64,000 bases of DNA. Source: Hydrolagus affinis (Eukaryota). This document shows, in pieces, positions 50,342-64,000 of this stretch. Made by a program: the position numbers and the translations under genes. The notes below the pieces were generated by a model. That model was not told the DNA's origin and searched no databases. It worked only from the letters and a program-made list of their open reading frames with translations. Position 1 is the first letter of the stretch, and every line of letters starts with the position of its first letter. The DNA is taken from the NCBI GenBank assembly GCA_012026655.1, contig JAAILG010001367.1, forward strand, positions 1 to 64,000. Direction: 5' to 3'.

Positions 50342-50660
50342 CTCAGCCCGTCCCAGCGGTGAAATCCCCTCCTTTACACACAGACTGAGGCCGATCTGTG
50401 CTGTGAGTGTCTGGGGGAAGGGATGCTTTCTCTCCCCCCCACTCCCCTCCCCCGCCCTAGCTCTATCCTGTCCTGGCCCTCAGCTCTCCCCTCCCCCAGG
50501 AATCCCCCCCCCCCTCCACGACTCCACACACACATAAACCTTTCTCCTCACAGTATCGGCGGTTACTCCAACGCCATTTTGCTTTCCCGCTCCTGACTAT
50601 GAATTGTGGGAAGGGGGCGCGCTTTGGCCGCCCAGTGAAGGTGGGAGGCGGTGCTGAGGA
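50342..50660 (-). promoter_or_regulatory. MTF2 promoter and first exon (donor CTGAG|GTGAGT at 50342)
   Basis: GC-rich; YY1 motif (50572-50580); E2F site TTTCCCGC (50583-50590); ZNF143/SBS-like TTCCCACAATTCA (~50600-50612); consensus donor. Confidence 0.7.
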
Positions 50661-50779
50661 ACCAGTCAGTCAGTCAGGTGCCATGGTGCAGCGTGTGCAG
50701 GGTAGCAGAGTCACAACAGCTCCTGACAGTAACAGCACAATAACTCATACGAGTAACAGCATCTCATGTGAGTAAAAAC

Positions 50780-51648
50780 AACTAAATTACACTTGTATAG
50801 GGTCTTCCACGTTAGGAGGACATCCCAAGGCGCTGGACGGTCATTTATTTCAGCCCCGAGCTGGGGTCGGGATCTGGGAGGGTGGAGGGAAAGGAGGGGA
50901 TTTGGGATGACCGATGTGACTGTCGAAGAGAGGGTCTTGATGGGAGGCAGGGAAGGGGCGAGGCGGAGGGACTGTGGGATGGAGTTCCAGAGGTTGGGAG
51001 CAGAGTGGCTGAAGTCTCGGGGGACATGGAGCAGGCTGGAGCCTGCTGAGCAGAGGGGGATGGGCAGATTGGTAGGGGATTAGGAGGTTGCAGAGATAGT
51101 AGGGTGGGGCAAGACCATAGAGGGCTTTGAAAGTGAGGATCTTGAATTGAATCCTCTGGGTGATGAGAAACAAATGGAGTCGAGCCAGAGTGGGAGAGAT
51201 AGGGTCACGGAGCTTGGAGAGGTAGAGGGCTTGGGTCGCAGAGTTCTGGATGATCTGCAGCCTAGAGTTGGGAAGGCCAACAAGCAGGGCATTGCCGTAA
51301 TTGAGCCTGGACGCGATGAATGAGAGTTTCAATGGCCTGAGGGGTGAAATAGTGGCGGAGTTGGGCAATGTTATGGAGGTGAGGGAAGGCAGAGCGGGTC
51401 GTGGCTTGGATGTGGGAGTGGAAGACAATTGAGGATTGAATAAGATACCTAGGTTCCTGACGTGGAGTGTGCAACCATGGAGGTTGATGCTGCCAGTGCC
51501 TGATGTGTGAAGGCGCTAGCGTGAGCCAATCGGGAGGACCTTGGTCTTGTTAGAAAGTTAGCTCTTATCCAGGCAGTTGGTCAGGATAGAAGTGGTCCTG
51601 GAATCAAGGCTAGAGGCAGAAAGATAGAGTTGGGAGTCATCCGCATAC
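50780..51648 (-). mobile_element. L2 LINE 3' portion including the RT YADD motif
   Basis: Minus translations YADDSQLYLS, SRLNYGNALLVGLP, TQRIQFKILTFKALYGLAP, then L2 tail; frameshifted. Confidence 0.9.
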
Positions 51649-52559
51649 TTGCATACATAACACAGCAGCTTGTGTGGGTAACACCGCCCAGCAGCTCCTG
51701 AGAGTAACACAACACCGCCTGAGAGTTAGCACAACACAGGAGTTTACCTGTAAGCATAGAAAAAGGGGTAGGCCATTCAACCCCTGGAGCCTATTCTGCC
51801 TTTCTGTAAGCATTCCCAACACAGCATAGCATAAAATATACAGTTAATTCACTTCACAGTATATTCTGTGAAGTGTTTTTGATACATCAAAGATATGATA
51901 AGGCACTGTATCAAATGCAAAATTATTATTATCTCAGCACAACATAACGATTTTTATTGTGACATGGCAGCTTCTGGAGCAAGCCAGTCAGCATACCACA
52001 AACTTTTTTTCTTAATGTTTGGTTCTGTGCGTTTTGTAGAAAACATGAACCATCTCACAGTCCTTTCAAAACCAACAAATTATCAGAAATTAGAAAGATA
52101 TATATATAAAAATAAAAACATAAAATCCTTGCCATGGATTTAGTGTCTTATTATGGCCTCAAGATGTGTTTGTAGGCCAACGCAGCAGCCAATTTGGGTA
52201 CGAGCAATATTTCACAGCCATGAAATGAATGACCAAATTATGACCAGACTAAATTCTGTGTTGTAACTTTTATTATTCTGTGATATGGTTGATCTAAAGT
52301 GGACTACAAATTAGATTGTTTTTAACCCACAGAGTTGCTCTCAATAAAACTGTTGAAAAAATGGTATGCTTGAGTAATGGAAGCCATTGGGTCCTGATGC
52401 CAAGAAATGATGTGTGATTTGAGACAAAAACAAGTTTTTGTTGATCCACATATACATAGTTCCAGCAGATGTCACTGGTTAACAATCTTGATCAAGTAAT
52501 TTCTCATTATAATTGCACCAGATATCAAGTCTTCTTAGCAGACATAATCCATACCTAGT

Positions 52560-52900
52560 CAGTTAGCCTGGCTCAGTTAGTACTTTAGTAGGTCATTGTT
52601 TCAAGCCCCTATTAAATTTTGAACTCGCAATCTTAAGTAGACCTAGAGGACTGCTGCCGTGTGAGAGAAGCCACCATCAAATGGAACGACTAAGGTTCTC
52701 TCTAACAATTCAGGTGGACATTTAAAAAGAAAGTTTTCCTCCAAGGTTTAGCCATTACTGGTCGTCCACTATAATTGGCAATTTATTTCATGGATGTTTG
52801 TGGATCATTGTGTGTGCATAAGGTACACATTTATAACTCTGTATAGAAACTTTGGGTAGCACTTTAGGATATTGCTGATATTATAAGTAGTATTCCAAAT
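52560..52900 (+). mobile_element. Highly degraded DeuSINE copy
   Basis: GGCTCAGTTAG...TTCAAGCCC head, TCAGGTGGACATTTAAA, GTTTGTGGATCATTGTGTGTGCA. Confidence 0.5.
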
Positions 52901-53204
52901 ACATATAATTATATTACTTTATTTACACGTCATTTTATCATTCCTCAAATGCCGTCTTCTCCAGAACCCTGTTGGAAAACTAGCTAGTACTCTCACTTTC
53001 CTCCCACAGACACACACAACAATTGGAACCCTTGCTTTGTGCTTATCCTGATATAATGGGTGGAATTGTTCTCCATATTCACTGTCAGTGTGGACAAAAA
53101 TTGGGTCATTCTGTTGAAGACGGAGATGAGATTCTGATCATGGCTCAAGTAGTAATAATAATTAGTAATAATAAGTAAAAAATAATAAATAGCAACTATA
53201 ATAC

Positions 53205-53491
53205 TATAATAATAATCCTTGCATTTGATATAACGCTTTTCTAGACGTCTCAAAGCACTTCACAGAATATGCTGTAAATGTAATTGACCATATATTTGTG
53301 GGTGAACGTGGCAGCCAATTGTGCACAGCAGTGTCCCTCAAACAGTCGTGGATTGAATTGACCAATTTTTTTTAAGGCGTTATTAGGCACGTGGAGTAAG
53401 GAAACTTGCCCAAGGTATCGCCTTGCCTGGAATTGAACCCAGATTTCTCACTTGCAAGGCGAGTGCTCTAACCACTGAGCTACAGGACTCC
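53205..53491 (-). mobile_element. SINE, full length
   Basis: tRNA head to tail. Confidence 0.88.
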
Positions 53492-55321
53492 ACAAAGCTA
53501 CAGGACTCCACATACTACAGGACTCCTCTGTAGAATAATCAGAAGTAGAATTTCAAAACCTTGTACAGTACCTTGTTTATAAGACTTTAGTGCTAATGGC
53601 TCACAGCCACCTCTTTGTCTTATCTACATGTTGGAGATAAATATTATAATTTGTTATTGCATTAAATGCATATGTACTAGAAGATAAATTGTCTGTTTGG
53701 GGGTTTGCCAATGATCTCAATTGCACAAATCTAAATTAACCACACATTTATTCACCCAAGTTACAAATGTAAAGCGGAAGAATATTTGATCCCCTGCAAA
53801 ATAAAATACCCTCACTCTCAGACATATTAGATTTAAATATAAATTAATCCAACACAAAATAAATACAGTATTAGTAAAATGTAGATTCTCTTTCTTAAAA
53901 TGTATTAAAATCTCATTTCCAAACATTTTAACTTCAGAGATAACAGTAACAGGACACTTGCATTCGCCTTCATATATAGTACAATACCAGAGGTTTTAAC
54001 AGCTTCTCCATAAAAGCAATGCACTGTATCTACAATGTACTCTTCATACTTTTATACTAACCACTGTTGAAATGTCTGTCTCCAATTGTCTGCAACTGAC
54101 TCATGTAAAACCGTCCCTATACATTCCTAAGATGTAATTGCAACTGTGACCTACCACAGGAACCTATAATGTGGAAAATACAGCGTTCATTCTTTTTTAA
54201 AAAACTTGAGTACAGTATAATTATTTTACAATATTTTCCTGTGAAATATTGTTCTGTCACCACATCATAATAGCCATTCCGATTACTCTTAAATCTATGT
54301 TAACTATTGTCTTTTTACTGTTTTCAAAATTTAGAGGGTCTATAGGGTATAATGCCGTAAGGAATTGACTTTTGACATTGTAGAAATATTCCAGAAGGTT
54401 TTCAACATATAAATCAAACCATTCAAGAATGTGGACTACATGCAAAATTCACAGTTGCCATAGTTTCTTTTCGAATGAAACCTTTTTGCCTTTGTTTAAA
54501 AATATCCAAATAAGGAAATAATGTGAGGAGGCATGTATGTGAATCCTTGCAATCTGCAAGTGATTTGATCTGTGTTATAAGCACCAACATGAATCCATTT
54601 GTGGATTGAACATATTTGTTGGACATGCATATCTTGCATAGACATATCTTGCAACATACATTGTATTATTGTACTGTATATTTAATGAAATTTTTACAGC
54701 ATACAAAAGTGTTTGTAGATGTTTGCTTTGGCAGAAAATTAATTTAAAATAGGCAGATCACATTTGGGGAGCATTTGATTACAATTATTGATTCTCAATT
54801 ATACAACTACTTTAATAATTAAGCAAATTGCAGTTATTTGTTTGCAAATAAACTTCTTTCAATAGGAGACGGATGGAACAAATTCATGGCTGTGTGTTTT
54901 CCAAAGGATTACATTCTGTAATATGTACATTTCACAATGCTTGTTTGAACACTTTTGCTTATGTGGCATCTGCCAGAAGGCAAAGAACTGAAATGGACAA
55001 ATCTCAATGTGGTAACATTTGTGTTAGGATATTCTAGTAAAAACTAGACTAGATATTCTAGTAAAGACTAAGTCAAAAAAAAAATACAATTTTGCTACTT
55101 CACCAAAGAACTCAAAAAGTACAGATCAGTATAGTGGATTTTCAATAGGCATTTGCTTTCACAAGATTAGATTCAATTTTGTCTGACAAAATGAATATGT
55201 ACATTATCAACTGATACAACAGCATATATAATTTGAGTGACCTTACAAGTGTTAACATATAGAAAGAAAAAGTTTCTCATGTTGTTTGATAACACATTCA
55301 CCAGCAGTCAATACAATGTTT

Positions 55322-55548
55322 ATTATAATAATAATCCTTGCATTTGTGATAGCACTTTTCACGTCTTCTACACGTCTCAAAGCACTGCACAGTATATACT
55401 GTAAAGTGAATTGACTGCATTTGTGGGCAAAACCAGGCAGCCAATTGTGCACAGCAGTCCTGGATTGAAGTGACCAATTTATTATAGGATTTGAAACACA
55501 GGTCTCATGCTTATCAGACGAGTGCTCTAACCATTGAGCTACAGGACT
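55322..55548 (-). mobile_element. SINE with internal deletions
   Basis: Family head and tail. Confidence 0.8.
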
Positions 55549-56993
55549 ACCTTAGGATAAGTACCAGATATGTTATGGTTTGAAAACCAATATTTTGTGC
55601 CATGTAAGTATGTAGTTTTCACTGCGTAAACGCAGAAAGTAAGATCTTCAAAAATAGAGAGATCATTTAACAAAAATACATCTGCTACTTTTAAATTCTG
55701 CATTGTTTATATTTGAAAGGTTTTGCAGCTCCTAAATTCTGAAGAACTATGGTTACAGAATTTATTGTATGTACAGTCATACAGATTGCAAACGACCTGC
55801 TTCGTGGATCTGCACCATTGCATACCAGCCAGGCCACAAACCATTCTCTCTCTTTTTTTCTTGCTAAGACAGTTCACTCCAGGACTACAGGAGGAACTCT
55901 TATTATAAAGCAGCGTGGTTCGACATATATTACAGCGCCCGGCTCCTAGTAAAATATTACATTCGTGGCTCCGATTGCGCCACAGCATAACTCGTCGCAC
56001 ATTGCAGCGCTGCTCACCGCACGTTACAGCGACGGATTTATTGCACTGAATTAAGTACGTTGGAGCAAGGCTGCAGTGTATCAGCATTCAGAGCTCAGGT
56101 CTCCATCCATTGCAGCCCAGCTCTACCGTCAATTCTAGTTTGGCTCAGTGCACACAGCTTTATAAAATATCGCACCTCGGTTCCCAAGACGGACGTGTTC
56201 GTCGTGCAATGTGCCATCGTTGTGCACACAGCATAATGGGACAATTAAATTGCTATTTGGGCTTTCCATTGGCATAATAACCAGCATCATTGCCTGTGGT
56301 TCCAGAATTAACCCCTCGCTACCACACACACCCCCCACACACACACACACACACCCTCCAGCCTCAAATCCTTGACAAAACCTACAATCGTAGACTTCTA
56401 TTTAAATGTTTCCTACACTCTGAGCAAACCCATTGTACTCAGTTTTATTTCATTTCGATTAATATAACACAGTATATGAAGTCTTGTAAAATTGGCAACG
56501 AAACCATGAGCGAGTTGCCAATTGGGAATTTCCGTCGGCAAAACTGGCTTCATTGGCTGTAGGTCTCCTCAGCAACTCCTGTGGGCTGCGCTGCCCCCTT
56601 TAAGGAGTAGTGAGTGGTTGGTTGGTGGCTGTGGGTCAGCAAATGACACACAGGGAGAGACACGGGTGGGAGAGGGACAAGGAGAGGGGGTGAGTGAGAT
56701 ACTGAGGGAGAGACACAAGGAGAGTGACAGAAAAGGACAGGGGAGGGGGGGGGGAAAGACACACACACAAGTAGGGAGAGTGACAGGGAGAGACACATAC
56801 ACACACAGGTGGGAAGGCAAGGAGAGTGACACACACACAGAGCAACAGATACACGGTTAAGGTGGCAGGATGTCGCCGTTGATGCAGTGAGGGCGGTTGG
56901 CGGGGCGGGAGGGGGAGAGTGGACGGTTAGGTTAGTTTGAGGGACGCTCTTCACTCACTCTGGAGGCGGCTGTGTTGAAATGCGCTCATTGCC

Positions 56994-63259
<6,266 letters not shown>

Positions 63260-64000
63260 TAGTTGTACCTTGTCAATTTTTGTAGTTCACGGTACAATAT
63301 TGAATTGAAGTGAATTAAATTAAAATAAATTCCATGACTAAAATTATGCTTTTTTAAAAAAAAATTAAAATCCATGACTTTGACAACTTAACCTTTCTAG
63401 AGGATGCTGGATTTGTGACTGAGTAATCCATTGGCAGGTTTATTTTTATCAAGGGTTAAGGGAAAAGGAATTTTTTTAAAATATAATATAAATGTGTAAC
63501 ATTATTTACTTAGGCCAGAAAACTAATTATGGAGCCATTAGTCAATTATTCAGTGTTTCTGACCCAATAAATCAAATTAGTCTCCTTATTATTGCCGCAA
63601 GACAGATACTCTATACAATGTATGCATTGTGCTTTAAACATCTTTATTCATAAAAAACATGGGGAAACAAATGTGCTAAACATGTTACAAGTTAAACTTA
63701 ACATGTCAACATATAGTCATTGACAAGTGCAATAAATAGAGCTGAAATATTTTAACACAACTGTATTAATTCAATATGAAGTAAACAGATACTGGAGTGA
63801 GCTGGATAGTTTTAATGAACTTTGGTTATTATTGTAGGCTGCCAATTTGCACTTTATTTTTGCAGCTGATTTATGACCCTGTTAAATGCGAGAGAAGTCT
63901 ACATAAGCCAACTTTGACCAACCCAGTGTTTCTTGAATAAGAATTCAGCCTATTTTTGTATTATTGTGTAGATTGGGGAAGGCAAAGTGTGTGCAGAATG

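Noticed and set aside
50850-51474. Minus-strand ORFs of 192 and 70 aa
   Set aside because: Frameshifted L2 ORF2 remnants, not a host gene.
56290-56954. Several overlapping ORFs upstream of DIPK1A
   Set aside because: Products of CA/GA low-complexity sequence.

Overview
AT-rich, intron-containing vertebrate genomic DNA. The DeuSINE/SacSINE1-like SINEs, L2 LINEs and short introns suggest a cartilaginous fish, possibly a chimaera (inference). Three genes were reconstructed by hand from splice sites and reading-frame continuity. CCDC18 is on the minus strand (29 coding exons, 33699->14009, ~1552 aa, two GC-AG introns). MTF2/PCL2 is on the minus strand (14 coding exons, 48592->38772, ~600 aa). 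The first two coding exons of DIPK1A/FAM69A are on the plus strand (56994.., continuing beyond the window). The order DIPK1A-MTF2-CCDC18 matches the human locus as I recall it, but TMED5, which lies between MTF2 and CCDC18 in human, is absent from an ungapped ~0.8 kb interval. MTF2 appears to have CTG where the exon-1 start ATG is expected and an in-frame ATG behind a second splice acceptor. Positions 1-13.7 kb hold no recognisable gene. The rest is SINEs, L2/CR1 fragments, Tigger-like and hAT MITEs, mini/microsatellites and one 100-N gap. I found no wholly new biological system; the best leads are gene-structure and synteny oddities. Comparisons with human proteins are from memory and need alignment. 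Repeat boundaries are approximate unless TIRs/TSDs are given.
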